In this document: in pieces, positions 1 to 9,932 of the stretch
Numbering within the stretch: position 1 is the stretch's first letter
Layout: each line of letters begins with the position of its first letter
NCBI GenBank assembly: GCA_965208905.1
Contig: OZ242365.1
Location: 32,001-96,000 of the forward strand
Length of the DNA stretch: 64,000 nt
Direction of reading: 5' to 3'
From: Nitrosopumilaceae archaeon
Lineage (GTDB): Archaea; Thermoproteota; Nitrososphaeria; Nitrososphaerales; Nitrosopumilaceae
The notes under the pieces: generated by a model
Told to the model about the DNA's origin: nothing
Databases searched by the model: none
What the model saw: only the letters and a program-made list of their open reading frames with translations
Translations under genes and position numbers: made by a program

Positions 1-413
1 AGAACTTTACAGAAAAGATTGGCCTGATATTTGCCCCACTATTCTTTGTCATAATAGGGGCCCAGGTGGACTTCAGATCAATTGATCTAAACATACTGAT
101 GCTGAGTGGGATTATAGTGGTAGTTGCAATACTCACAAAACTACTTGGATGCGGTCTTCCCGCGATGCTGTTCCTCAAAGACAGAGCACGTGGCATGCGG
201 GTTGGCATTGGCATGATATCCCGTGGTGAGGTAGGTCTGATTGTGGCTGGCGTTGGTGTTGCCGCTGGGTCTCTGTCCAATGAGACATACTCTACAATTA
301 TACTCATGGTGGCTATTACGACTGTTATTACGCCTATATGGCTCAAGGCCGAATATAGAAAGGAGACTAAAAAATCTGGTACTAGTCCGCCTGCTGTAAA
401 AGATAACTCATAA
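1..413 (+). CDS. Cation:proton antiporter (CPA2/Kef type), C-terminal part, truncated by window start
   Basis: Hydrophobic helices with GIGMISRGEVGLIVA motif; frame open from the window edge. Confidence 0.85.
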   Translation, partial: NFTEKIGLIFAPLFFVIIGAQVDFRSIDLNILMLSGIIVVVAILTKLLGCGLPAMLFLKDRARGMRVGIGMISRGEVGLIVAGVGVAAGSLSNETYSTIILMVAITTVITPIWLKAEYRKETKKSGTSPPAVKDNS

Positions 414-1577
414 TGTTGTGTGGTTAGGTTTCTATCTTGATGTTGAACAATGATCTAAATTGTATAGTGTAAATAACCCGCACGGATGTGATTTGGTCAC
501 CATGTATGTATGTCTCTGAATATTGTGGCCTTTTACTATTCTAATCTCTGTTATGATGATTAATATTAAAAGACCATGAATTCAACTTTCCTGACCATCG
601 CCCGACCTTGAAGAGGCGCTCTATCTTGGACTCCGGCCCATCTGGGGTGAATGATTCTATTAACCTATGTGATCTGATCATATAAAATAAACACTAATGT
701 ATCCTTGATAACCTTGGTGCATGGTCGCTGCCTCTTACTGTCCATCGCTTAATGTATCTGGCAGGCGTGTCGTTTTTTGGATTCGATATTGTTTACAATA
801 CGATTCCAACGATAGAGCAGCTTTACATGATATGTGGTCATGTGTTTTATTGAGTTGTCTGTTTTAGACATCTAGCCTATACAAAAATTATATTATATTG
901 GGCGGTAGCTAATGAGGTGCCACAAATATAGATGGAGTCATCGGCACGGACAAACACTATGTAATGCGACAACCAGCGAAGGATCGGAGAATCAAGGTGG
1001 TATATGTCGAGTTAAGCATATCACAGTGGCACATTCAGCGGTTATGGCAGAGTGTGTCAAGACAGGGAAGTACCCGCCAAGGTTTATCAGTTGACCAAAG
1101 AAACTCACACCTTCAGATGTAGCGGTTCTGGGCATTAAGGACTTGTTGTGTAGTTGACTACGGTGTACATTTGGTAAAGGCATATGCAAACATGTGGCTG
1201 TAGTTAACGTCTGGCTTGTCGCTTTGACAGAATGACTTACAAGAAAAGTACTACGTTAATATCTGAACTTCTAATATCGTATCGTTATGGGTGTAAAATC
1301 TCCCAGAGTACTTGTGACTGATGGTTAAAATGATTTTATCAAACCTACCAAAAGTGTGTTCGAGTGTAGTGCCGTGTGCAAATTCGTGCATCTAAGATAC
1401 ATGACAGACCAAGTTTAACCATAATAACGTACATAAGATTTAACGGAAACACCACATCGTTGCTTTGTAAACGTGGCGACTTGAAGGTAAAAATTGGGAA
1501 TTATATACAAAAGTACACAACCTCGATTCTGAGAGTTAATACCTGAACCACGGAACGCGTCCATACAGCAACTCTCC

Positions 1578-1584
1578 TTAAATA
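1578..1584 (+). promoter_or_regulatory. Archaeal TATA box of tnpB-A, inside the cassette
   Basis: TTAAATA about 25 nt upstream of ATG 1607 (leaderless geometry). Confidence 0.55.
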
Positions 1585-1606
1585 CCAACATACCGTATTA
1601 CACATC

Positions 1607-2962
1607 ATGATACGGATAGTCAAGGTACCGCTACGAATGGATGTGTTGTTTGCAGAGTGGGCGCACCGCACGAATCATGCGTCAAGATATGTGTACAACC
1701 GCGCCGTATCAGAGTATTTGTTTGGCGGCGAATACATGGAGAGGGTGGTAGTGGACATACTACAGCCCTTCAAACTACCGAACACGTTGAAGGGTGTTAC
1801 GTCCGGTACGCTGAACGGTGACTACCATACATATGATTTTGGGTCGTCAAAGAGGGCATTAAAGTACGGCATGCACAAACAGCTTACGGGGTGGCGCGCC
1901 AAACATACATGGCTGCGCGAGTGCCCCACATCGTTTGGTAGGGGCGCCATACAGGATGCCTCCGTCGCATGTAGAAGGGTTATAGATGACAGCTCAGACC
2001 ACGCGCCGTACCGCCGCAAAGACGGCCGCATCATACTTTGTTCCGTTACACCGCCTGTACGAAAAGGTGGGCACACCATACATATCCCCGGATATGGTAT
2101 TGTAGAGACCGCCAAGCCCATCAATACATCATGGGGCATGCGCTCATTCAAGATAGTTGATGTCACCAAACGGGTGGACAAGCATACAAAGCCGTCAGAC
2201 CACATGTTTGAGCTGCATATTGCCATACATGAACCGGTAGAGTCGCACCGCAATACTGGTGTAATGCGGGGTGTTGATGTGGGCGGCAAGCATCTCGCCG
2301 TCACTGTCGACACACATGGCAACGTTACAATACACAACACCCGCCATAGAGCAATCCTGCGGGAGATTGACGCGCTAAAGATTTTGCGCGACCGCAAGAC
2401 ACGGCATGGCCGGAAGTGGCATATATTGAACGACCAGATTAAGCGGCTATACAGGAAGGCCAACAACATAGCCGCGAACACGATAAATCAGACGATTGCG
2501 CAGATAACTAATGGTGTGGGCGCAGTCGTGGTCGAGTCGCTCTCCGTAAAGGACATGACCACGCATGGTGGGAATTACAAACGCGCCATGAACCGTTCAA
2601 TGCGGGAGAACCGTGTCGGGGAGTTCCTGCGCAAGCTTGCGCAGTGGTGTGAGATACACAACATACCGCTGTTGGGGGCATCTGCCAAATACACGAGCCA
2701 GACGTGCCATGTGTGTGGTACGGTGGATGCTAAGTCGCGTGTCACACGCGACAAATTCATTTGCACTAATTGTACCAGAGTGTTTCACGCGGATGTCAAT
2801 GCCGCCTGGAATATCCTGTATAGGGCGGCGGGGAACGTCGTCCTAAGACGGCCGGGGCATAAGGAGGGCTACAAACCAACACCTTCTATGCTCCACTCCA
2901 TACAACGAAGTCGTCAGAAAAGGCATGAGTGTACAGCCGAGGCTGTGTACTTTTGTATATAA
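1607..2962 (+). CDS. tnpB: TnpB RNA-guided endonuclease, family A
   Basis: RuvC-I GVDVG, RuvC-II VVESL, Zn finger CHVC..CTNC, RuvC-III ADVNAAWNI; stop codon lies inside the right TIR. Confidence 0.93.
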   Translation: MIRIVKVPLRMDVLFAEWAHRTNHASRYVYNRAVSEYLFGGEYMERVVVDILQPFKLPNTLKGVTSGTLNGDYHTYDFGSSKRALKYGMHKQLTGWRAKHTWLRECPTSFGRGAIQDASVACRRVIDDSSDHAPYRRKDGRIILCSVTPPVRKGGHTIHIPGYGIVETAKPINTSWGMRSFKIVDVTKRVDKHTKPSDHMFELHIAIHEPVESHRNTGVMRGVDVGGKHLAVTVDTHGNVTIHNTRHRAILREIDALKILRDRKTRHGRKWHILNDQIKRLYRKANNIAANTINQTIAQITNGVGAVVVESLSVKDMTTHGGNYKRAMNRSMRENRVGEFLRKLAQWCEIHNIPLLGASAKYTSQTCHVCGTVDAKSRVTRDKFICTNCTRVFHADVNAAWNILYRAAGNVVLRRPGHKEGYKPTPSMLHSIQRSRQKRHECTAEAVYFCI

Positions 2963-2990
2963 TTCCCTAAAAATTCGCTGCTCATTGTAA
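2820..2990 (+). ncRNA. Putative omegaRNA scaffold plus flank-derived guide, tnpB-A
   Basis: Stems GGGCGGCG/CGTCGTCC, GGGGCATA..GGAGG/CCTTCTATGCTCC and AGTGTACAGCC-GA-GGCTGTGTACT overlapping the ORF tail; boundaries inferred. Confidence 0.55.
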
Positions 2991-4141
2991 TGACTATACT
3001 GGGATACGACCTTTTCAAATCACATACGATGCTAGACGGTAAGACTTTGACTTAGATGGCAGGTATATTCATCAAGGAAGATGATATACTTCAAGTCGCT
3101 GTGGTATGGCTGTCCAGATCTTGATGTCGCTGTATGTAATGTGATTTATAATCCCGTAAAAAGACTATATTAATGCTGGACATGAAGGCCCGTCATTTGA
3201 ATACGAATTGTGGTTATGGTGCGGCGTAAATATCTGTTATCTACAAACTTTTCTGTACAGTGTTAATCGCAATACAGTGTTGATTAAAATTTGAATATGA
3301 TGTATTTATAATATGCGTCGGTCACATATCAAATGACCTATTTTGGACCATTTATACATCCGGCGCGAATACAACAATACCTGATGCTAGAAGTATGACA
3401 TGAACACTCTATTTTATCAAAAAATACATCTCGGCGACAAAACAATTCCTCGTAAATTTTCTCTGAGACTTTTAATTTAGTCTAATTTTGAAGCGTTCTT
3501 AGTCTTACCGTGAGAATTATGCCTCATAGTTCTTGGAATATTTGACATGAGTATCAACATTATGGCAAAAATACGAATATGTTTTCAAACTTATTTCATA
3601 CAGACACAAAGACTCTAGACATTTGTGAATTACTGTATGTTGATCATAACCATTTATTTTCCAATTATATCAATAATTGAAATATCTAGACGCCCATGAC
3701 ATCTCTGACCCAGCCTGATTTGGCATTTAACAAACCCATAACTTGTCTCTACTAAATCATCCTATGTCGAAAGCGGTATTCGACTTTACTGGCAAGCAAT
3801 CACAAACAACATCAAACGTCTTTCATCAGGTTTTGATGCATTTAATGAAATAACAATCTAGAGTGGCCAGATTGTATTTGGACGATCTTAAAATTGGGTT
3901 TGAATTATTCATGTATCATTACGAGAAGGACTGATGTACAACAGCAAGATACTACAGAATTATTTTCAAGATTGCCAACTGCATCTATCGTCTATGATTT
4001 TTGTAAAAGTCTGTAACATGTAACATCAAATTGTAAAGACGTGGATATTTTTTATCTGTAAATAAATTATTATTTTTCAGTGAACCACATTAAATCGTTA
4101 AAATGGGAAAAACTAAAATATCAATTAAAATAAATCACTTT

Positions 4142-4510
4142 ATGAGTATTGACCAAGCAGCAATTCAAGCTGAAATTACAAGTATATATGAAGAGTTAGA
4201 CCTTCTCAAAAAAACATTAATAGAAATAGATTTGGCCGATGCCAAAAAAGTAAAGCGTGGCAGACCCCGTAAGACTGCAACCACAGAGACGCCCGCACCA
4301 CCCAAAAGAGGTCGTGGCAGACCCCGTAAGACTGCAACCACAGAGACGCCCGCACCACCCAAAAGAGGTCGTGGCAGACCCCGTAAGACTGCAACCACAG
4401 AGACGCCCGCACCACCCAAAAGAGGTCGTGGCAGACCCCGTAAGACTGCAACCACAGAGACGCCCGCACCACCCAAAAGAGGTCGTGGCAGACCACGCAA
4501 AAACACTTAG
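4142..4510 (+). CDS. Multi-AT-hook DNA-binding protein with N-terminal amphipathic helix
   Basis: Five RGRPRK motifs separated by TATTETPAPPKRG linkers; start probably ATG 4142 (ORF track gives 4103). Confidence 0.75.
   Translation: MSIDQAAIQAEITSIYEELDLLKKTLIEIDLADAKKVKRGRPRKTATTETPAPPKRGRGRPRKTATTETPAPPKRGRGRPRKTATTETPAPPKRGRGRPRKTATTETPAPPKRGRGRPRKNT
4256..4494 (+). repeat. 57-bp perfect tandem repeat, 4 copies plus partial fifth
   Basis: Unit CGTGGCAGACCCCGTAAGACTGCAACCACAGAGACGCCCGCACCACCCAAAAGAGGT starting at 4256, 4313, 4370, 4427, 4484. Confidence 0.97.
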
Positions 4511-4580
4511 CTCTGACACATCTGTCGATTTTTTGTTTTTTACAAATCACTCCGTCATGAATTTATGACCGTTTAATCAT

Positions 4581-6143
4581 ATGTCATGTAACATGAGAAC
4601 TCAGATGGATGATGCGTGCGACAAAATAGCCCAGAGATTACTCTGTATGAAGGATCCGACTCCTCAGGACGCTAAAAAGATAATTAAAAGTGTCTGCGCA
4701 AAGATGTCTTTAGAGCGAATACCTCGCAAACAAGAGATATTGGCTGCCGCAGGCGATGATGGTTATGCCAAACTCCAGACTATATTGCTAAAGAAACCCG
4801 CCAAGACCGGCTCTGGTGTGGCTGTGATAGCCTTGATGCCCAAGCCATATGCCTGTCCACATGGCCGCTGTACGTACTGTCCCGGCGGCATTACATACAA
4901 CACCCCCAACAGCTATACGGGTACTGAGCCGTCCACCATAAATGCCATGGAGCATCAATACGACCCGGCACTACAGATAACCACAAAACTGGACCAGCTG
5001 ATATCATACGGGCACGATCCATCAAAACTTGAACTGGTAATAGTTGGTGGCACATTCATGTTTATGCCCGAACAGTATAGGTATAATTTTATAAAATCCT
5101 GCTATGACGCGCTAAACAAAACAATATCGCCTACAATTGAATCGGCACAAAGACTCAATTCCGTATCTGCAATACGGAATGTCGGCTTCACCATAGAGAC
5201 CAAGCCCGACTATTGCAAGGCCGAACATATCGATACCATGTTGAAGTATGGCATAACCCGGGTCGAGATAGGGGTCCAAACTCTAAGAGAACAAGTATAC
5301 CGTATAGTAAATAGGGGTCACACCTTTGATGATGTTGTAGAGTCGTTCCAGGCCGCTAGAGATGCGGGTCTCAAAATAGTGGCACACATGATGCCTGGCC
5401 TTCCCACCATGTCGCCTCAGGATGATATAGATGACTTTGCACAACTGTTTGATGATGAGCGTCTACGCCCGGATATGCTCAAGATATACCCCTCCTTGGT
5501 ACTGCGCAACACACCGCTCTATGAACAGTATCTGGATGGCTCCTATACGCCTTATGATGACTCTGCAATGATCAATGTACTGGCTACTGCAAAGGCAAAG
5601 TTTCCTGAATGGATACGTGTAATGCGTATACAGCGTGAGATACCATCTGTGGATATTGTGGCTGGTCCAAATCAGGGTAATCTGCGCCAGCTAATACTAA
5701 ACGAGATGGAACGTCGGCATACCCGATGTCGTTGTATACGATGTAGACAACCAAAACGAATATCTACAAAACTACACAAGAGACGTATTGATTATATTGC
5801 ATCTGGAGGCAACGAGGTGTTCCTATCGTATGTTGATAGTGATGATCAAATATATGGTTTCATACGGCTGCGCAGACCCAGTGAAAAGTCACATAGACCT
5901 GAAACTGTAAACTCTACACTAGTTCGGGAGTTACATGTGTATGGCCGCCTGTTGGGGATAGGCAAGCACGGCGGCATACAACACTCTGGTCTTGGCAGAG
6001 ACCTGCTTGCAGAAGCCGAACGTATATCGAAGATAGAATTTGGAGCAGAACGTATACTGATAATAAGCGCCGTCGGCACCAGACAGTACTACTCCTCTTT
6101 GGGGTATTCATTATATGGACCATACATGTCAAAATCTCTGTGA
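4581..6143 (+). CDS. elp3: Elp3 radical SAM/GNAT tRNA U34 carboxymethyltransferase
   Basis: CPHGRCTYCPGG, ETKPD, RELHVYG, QHSGLG, ISAVGTRQYY motifs. Confidence 0.95.
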   Translation: MSCNMRTQMDDACDKIAQRLLCMKDPTPQDAKKIIKSVCAKMSLERIPRKQEILAAAGDDGYAKLQTILLKKPAKTGSGVAVIALMPKPYACPHGRCTYCPGGITYNTPNSYTGTEPSTINAMEHQYDPALQITTKLDQLISYGHDPSKLELVIVGGTFMFMPEQYRYNFIKSCYDALNKTISPTIESAQRLNSVSAIRNVGFTIETKPDYCKAEHIDTMLKYGITRVEIGVQTLREQVYRIVNRGHTFDDVVESFQAARDAGLKIVAHMMPGLPTMSPQDDIDDFAQLFDDERLRPDMLKIYPSLVLRNTPLYEQYLDGSYTPYDDSAMINVLATAKAKFPEWIRVMRIQREIPSVDIVAGPNQGNLRQLILNEMERRHTRCRCIRCRQPKRISTKLHKRRIDYIASGGNEVFLSYVDSDDQIYGFIRLRRPSEKSHRPETVNSTLVRELHVYGRLLGIGKHGGIQHSGLGRDLLAEAERISKIEFGAERILIISAVGTRQYYSSLGYSLYGPYMSKSL

Positions 6144-6161
6144 TGCAACTAGCGGAGTGAT

Positions 6162-7757
6162 ATGATGACTACTGATACCATTGGCCGGGGGACATGGGTT
6201 GACAAGCTGGCACACGACATGATACAGCGGGAGATGAGTCTGAATCGCAGTCTGGACGAAACCATAATTGTGGAGAGCGGTCTTGGTGCATCGGGAATAC
6301 CCCATGTGGGCAGTCTGAGTGATGCTGTCCGCTCTTATGGCGTAAAACTATCTTTGGAGGATATGGGCTACAAGTCCATGCTGTTGGCGTACTCGGACGA
6401 CTTGGATGGGCTTCGTAAGATACCTGATGGCTTCCCCAAGAGCTTGGAGGATTTTGTGGGGCAGCCCGTATCTCTTATACCTGACCCGTTTGGAAGCTAC
6501 GAGTCGTATGCACATCATATGTCTAGCATACTATTGGATGGACTAGACAAACTGGGCATAGAGTACAAATCCCAGAGAGCGTTTGATGCGTATAAGGATG
6601 GGCTGCTATCAGAGCAGACACATACAATACTAAAACAGTCTGATTACATAGGTGCAAAAATCAAGGAGATTGTGGGGCAAGACAAGTATGTGACATCACT
6701 ACCATACTTTGCAGTCTGTGAAAAGTGCCACAAGATATACACAACACACTCATACGAATACAACCCATCATCGTATACTATACAATATAGATGCCAGGAT
6801 ACTACAATTGGCGGAAGAGTGGTGTCTGGTTGTGGCCATCAGGGCAGTGTGGATATACGCAAGGGTTTAGGCAAATTGACATGGAAGGTGGAGTTTGCCG
6901 CCCGTTGGAGCGCCTTTGATGTACGCTTTGAGGCATACGGCAAGGATATAATGGATTCGGTATCCGTAAACGATTGGATATCTGAACATATACTTGGGCA
7001 TGCTCCACCACACCACGTCCGCTATGAGATGTTTCTAGATCGCGGAGGAAAGAAGATATCAAAATCTAAGGGCAATGTTGTAACTGCACAAGACTGGCTT
7101 GATGTGGGTACTCCGCAGTCGTTACTTTTGCTTATGTATAAGAGAATACAGGGTGCTCGCCGTCTGGGCCTTGAGGATGTGCCTATGTTGATGAACGAGT
7201 ATGATGAGCTGGAGAATATGTACTTTGGTGTTACAAAGATGGACAACCCCGATAAAACAACTCGACTAAAAGGCTTGTACGAGTATGTGCATCTATTACG
7301 CCCTCCAGACACGATACGCCCTCATGTAAGCTATACATTATTGGTCGAGTTGGCTAAGATATACACAGGCGATAATCGTACAGAGCAGATACTACAGAAA
7401 TTAGATGCATACTCAAAACTACCCGATGACACATCATCTGTAAAACAACTGATAACGCTGGCTGGACGGTTTGCAGACGAGTACGGCCATATGGAGCGCG
7501 AAACAATACAACTGGACACAAATGTAATACCTGCAATATCTGCACTTGTGGCGTCACTTCAAGACAACCCAGATGCAGATCCCCAAACATTGGTATATTC
7601 GGCAGCCAAATCCCACAACATAAAGCCCCGGATGTTCTTTGAGGCCCTGTACAAAATAATATTGGGAACTCGCGGGGGTCCCCGTCTGGGCCCATTAATA
7701 TCGGATATGGGAAGATCAAAAGTGATAGATATGTTACGGAGATATTTACCAGAGTAG
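6162..7757 (+). CDS. lysS: Class I lysyl-tRNA synthetase
   Basis: SGIPHVGS, DDLDGLRK, FEAYGKD, KISKSKGN, GPRLG. Confidence 0.95.
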   Translation: MMTTDTIGRGTWVDKLAHDMIQREMSLNRSLDETIIVESGLGASGIPHVGSLSDAVRSYGVKLSLEDMGYKSMLLAYSDDLDGLRKIPDGFPKSLEDFVGQPVSLIPDPFGSYESYAHHMSSILLDGLDKLGIEYKSQRAFDAYKDGLLSEQTHTILKQSDYIGAKIKEIVGQDKYVTSLPYFAVCEKCHKIYTTHSYEYNPSSYTIQYRCQDTTIGGRVVSGCGHQGSVDIRKGLGKLTWKVEFAARWSAFDVRFEAYGKDIMDSVSVNDWISEHILGHAPPHHVRYEMFLDRGGKKISKSKGNVVTAQDWLDVGTPQSLLLLMYKRIQGARRLGLEDVPMLMNEYDELENMYFGVTKMDNPDKTTRLKGLYEYVHLLRPPDTIRPHVSYTLLVELAKIYTGDNRTEQILQKLDAYSKLPDDTSSVKQLITLAGRFADEYGHMERETIQLDTNVIPAISALVASLQDNPDADPQTLVYSAAKSHNIKPRMFFEALYKIILGTRGGPRLGPLISDMGRSKVIDMLRRYLPE

Positions 7758-7759
7758 AT

Positions 7760-7957
7760 ATGGCTCACAGCGAACACAATAAGGCTAGAAACAAGGGTGG
7801 TTTTGCCTTGGTGATAATGGGTGCGTTACTGCTGTTTTTGGCCCCTACAATATATCCTAGCATACCCGAGGCGGGTGTGGCTTCACTGGCAGCAGGTTTT
7901 GCTCTGGGCGGATTGGGCTTTTATGTACATTTTGTACGATACCGGCTGCGCCGTTAG
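7760..7957 (+). CDS. Small two-TM membrane protein
   Basis: Two hydrophobic stretches, directly after lysS. Confidence 0.65.
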   Translation: MAHSEHNKARNKGGFALVIMGALLLFLAPTIYPSIPEAGVASLAAGFALGGLGFYVHFVRYRLRR

Positions 7958-8109
7958 TGCATATGTGACAAGACCGCTAGATGATACAAGACGACAGAAC
8001 CCAAAGTGGATGGAGATGCTGATATAGATGGATATGCCAAGACCAAAACACGACATGACTTTGATCCAATACATCCTACCACAAATCATAAAAAACAGAT
8101 TAATGTGAT

Positions 8110-8862
8110 GTGACAGAATATAACATATTGGGAATATTTGGTAAAAAGAAAGTTGATGACACTAATGATATGACCAAAGATCTCGCAGATGAAGTATCAA
8201 ATCTGCAAGACAAAGTAAGGAAACAAAACGACCTATTACAAGAGGCAACCTCGAAACTAGAGACTGTCCGTTCTGAGTATGATACCATTGTACATGATCT
8301 GATGAAGATAAAAAAAGAGATAAATGAACAACGCCAAGAGCGTACACGCCTTGAGCAAATAAACTCGGGCATACGGGATGAGATTGCGCAGGGTAAGATG
8401 ATACTTCGAAAGACCAGCAAGGATTTGGAGTCGGCAAAGACCCTTGCAAATGATCTTACCAAGTCTACAACAAAACTAAAAGAGACAAAAAAAGAGTACA
8501 GCTCCATAAAAGCACGTCTTGACAAATTACAAAAGACTGCAGTATATAGCAGCACAGATACACTACACTATAAAGAACGGTTGGAGGTTTTAGAGTCAGA
8601 GCGCCAAGGCTTTCGATATCAAATACGTGAACAACACGAGGTGATTGTAAAACTACAGGAACAACTTGCCCGTGCTCAGAGACGACACAGTACATCCTCA
8701 ACAAAAAACAGTCCCGACAAAGGCGTGGTGGAGGCGGCCAGCGCCATGGTGGCATCATTTCGAAGAGAGATGCTTGATGCCCAAAATGAGCTGGCCGAGG
8801 AGCGCGCCAGGCACGCCAAGACGCTCAAGAAACTTGAGGACATAAAAAAACAGAGTCATTGA
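8110..8862 (+). CDS. Coiled-coil hypothetical protein
   Basis: Long heptad-rich K/E/Q/L sequence; start uncertain. Confidence 0.7.
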   Translation: MTEYNILGIFGKKKVDDTNDMTKDLADEVSNLQDKVRKQNDLLQEATSKLETVRSEYDTIVHDLMKIKKEINEQRQERTRLEQINSGIRDEIAQGKMILRKTSKDLESAKTLANDLTKSTTKLKETKKEYSSIKARLDKLQKTAVYSSTDTLHYKERLEVLESERQGFRYQIREQHEVIVKLQEQLARAQRRHSTSSTKNSPDKGVVEAASAMVASFRREMLDAQNELAEERARHAKTLKKLEDIKKQSH

Positions 8863-9932
8863 TGTGTAATATTCATAAAGTCAAACCATCGACACTCGCA
8901 TTCTGTCTGCAGCGTCGATGATATGGATGGATGAACATCATCCCCACTTACAAATCGCTTAACCGACAGACCGCCTTCCACATCTATTATAACCTGTAAT
9001 GATGTATCTGACAACCGCTTGTAGTGTATGGCGTGTATCTTTTTGATGGATACTTTACCGGCTTGATCTGACACGCGTACTGTTCTGTCCATATGATGTA
9101 ATGGTTTGAGGTTGTCTGGCATATTATTCTGGAATGATATAACCATGCGAATCTGCGAGCGCATAGTGGGCATACGGGCCGGCATGGAAGGTATAGTTTG
9201 TATACTGTGAAACTGTAGCTGCCCTACGTCTAATCTATCTGGTATCTGGCGACGTTTGGGATTTTTAATTCTTACATAGAATCTTCTACCATCGCCTAGA
9301 ACACGGCTTGTAATGTCTTCGCCACCACACCATACAAAACAAAAGTTGGTCCCGCCCGTTATATCATATAGATGCTTTTGAAATATGCCTTGTATGCTCT
9401 CTGTCTTATATTTGGTAAAGTTGCAGTCTGCACATCCTTGACCGTTACACTGGACACATAATACATCTCTTTGAGGTATGGTTCTGCACCTCTTTGTGTA
9501 CTGTGCCTGAACCAGCATCTGTCGGGAGCGAATCTCGCATGAACCAAATCTAGTATCCATCAATACTGTGATGTCTGGATTGGTTCGGTCCAACCTCTTT
9601 TTGGTGCGTTTGGATATTATATCTATCAGCTGACCTGTAAGTGCTGTCTTTATCGAACTGGTACCACGCGCACGAAGTTTTGAGCGTATGTAGTCATCTC
9701 GGTCTAATATTGACGGCTTTAGTGTGGCGCCTATCGTAAATGTCTCAAACTCGTATAGTTCTGTACGTCTGATGATTATGTCCGACATCTCCTTTATGGT
9801 ATTCATCATGCCGTGACATATGAAGCACTTCTGTCCGGACACTGACTTTATCACACCTGATAGTCTTGCAAGACACCCATCACACAGCGATAACTTGGGA
9901 TGTATACTGTGATCGTTTGTAGACTCTGGCAT
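8856..9932 (-). CDS. pus10: tRNA pseudouridine(54/55) synthase Pus10-like
   Basis: N-terminal LCDGCLAR..CFIC Zn site, GGEDITSRVLGDGRRF, EGGLSVKRFVSG; start taken at MPEST (9932), overlapping the srp54 stop. Confidence 0.85.
   Translation of the reverse strand: MPESTNDHSIHPKLSLCDGCLARLSGVIKSVSGQKCFICHGMMNTIKEMSDIIIRRTELYEFETFTIGATLKPSILDRDDYIRSKLRARGTSSIKTALTGQLIDIISKRTKKRLDRTNPDITVLMDTRFGSCEIRSRQMLVQAQYTKRCRTIPQRDVLCVQCNGQGCADCNFTKYKTESIQGIFQKHLYDITGGTNFCFVWCGGEDITSRVLGDGRRFYVRIKNPKRRQIPDRLDVGQLQFHSIQTIPSMPARMPTMRSQIRMVISFQNNMPDNLKPLHHMDRTVRVSDQAGKVSIKKIHAIHYKRLSDTSLQVIIDVEGGLSVKRFVSGDDVHPSISSTLQTECECRWFDFMNITHQ

Larger units (their letters stand above)
1496..2967 (+). mobile_element. Non-autonomous TIR cassette carrying only tnpB (family A)
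   Basis: 30-bp TIRs GGGAATTATATACAAAAGTACACAACCTCG (1496-1525) and 2938-2967, 29/30 identical; perfect 8-bp TSD TAAAAATT at 1488-1495 and 2968-2975. Confidence 0.93.
912..3110 (+). pseudogene. Decayed DDE (IS6-like) transposase, split by the TnpB cassette at 1496-2967
   Basis: Fragments VLVTDG* (~1308-1328) and NNVH (~1423); across the joined insertion site LEGKNSLLIVMTILGYDLFKSHTMLDGKTLT*MAGI, resembling the YN..RPH..L.GKTPAE.AGI tail of these transposases; many stops and frameshifts. Confidence 0.55.

Noticed and set aside
463-484. TATAGTGTAAATAACCCG resembling the IS630 end
   Set aside because: Partial match with a gap; no partner end or ORF
1822-2481. Long antisense ORFs (also 52383-53093, 57564-58259 and others)
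   Set aside because: Shadows of well-supported genes on the opposite strand
4256-4494. Possible CRISPR array
   Set aside because: Head-to-tail 57-bp units with no unique spacers, in frame within a protein
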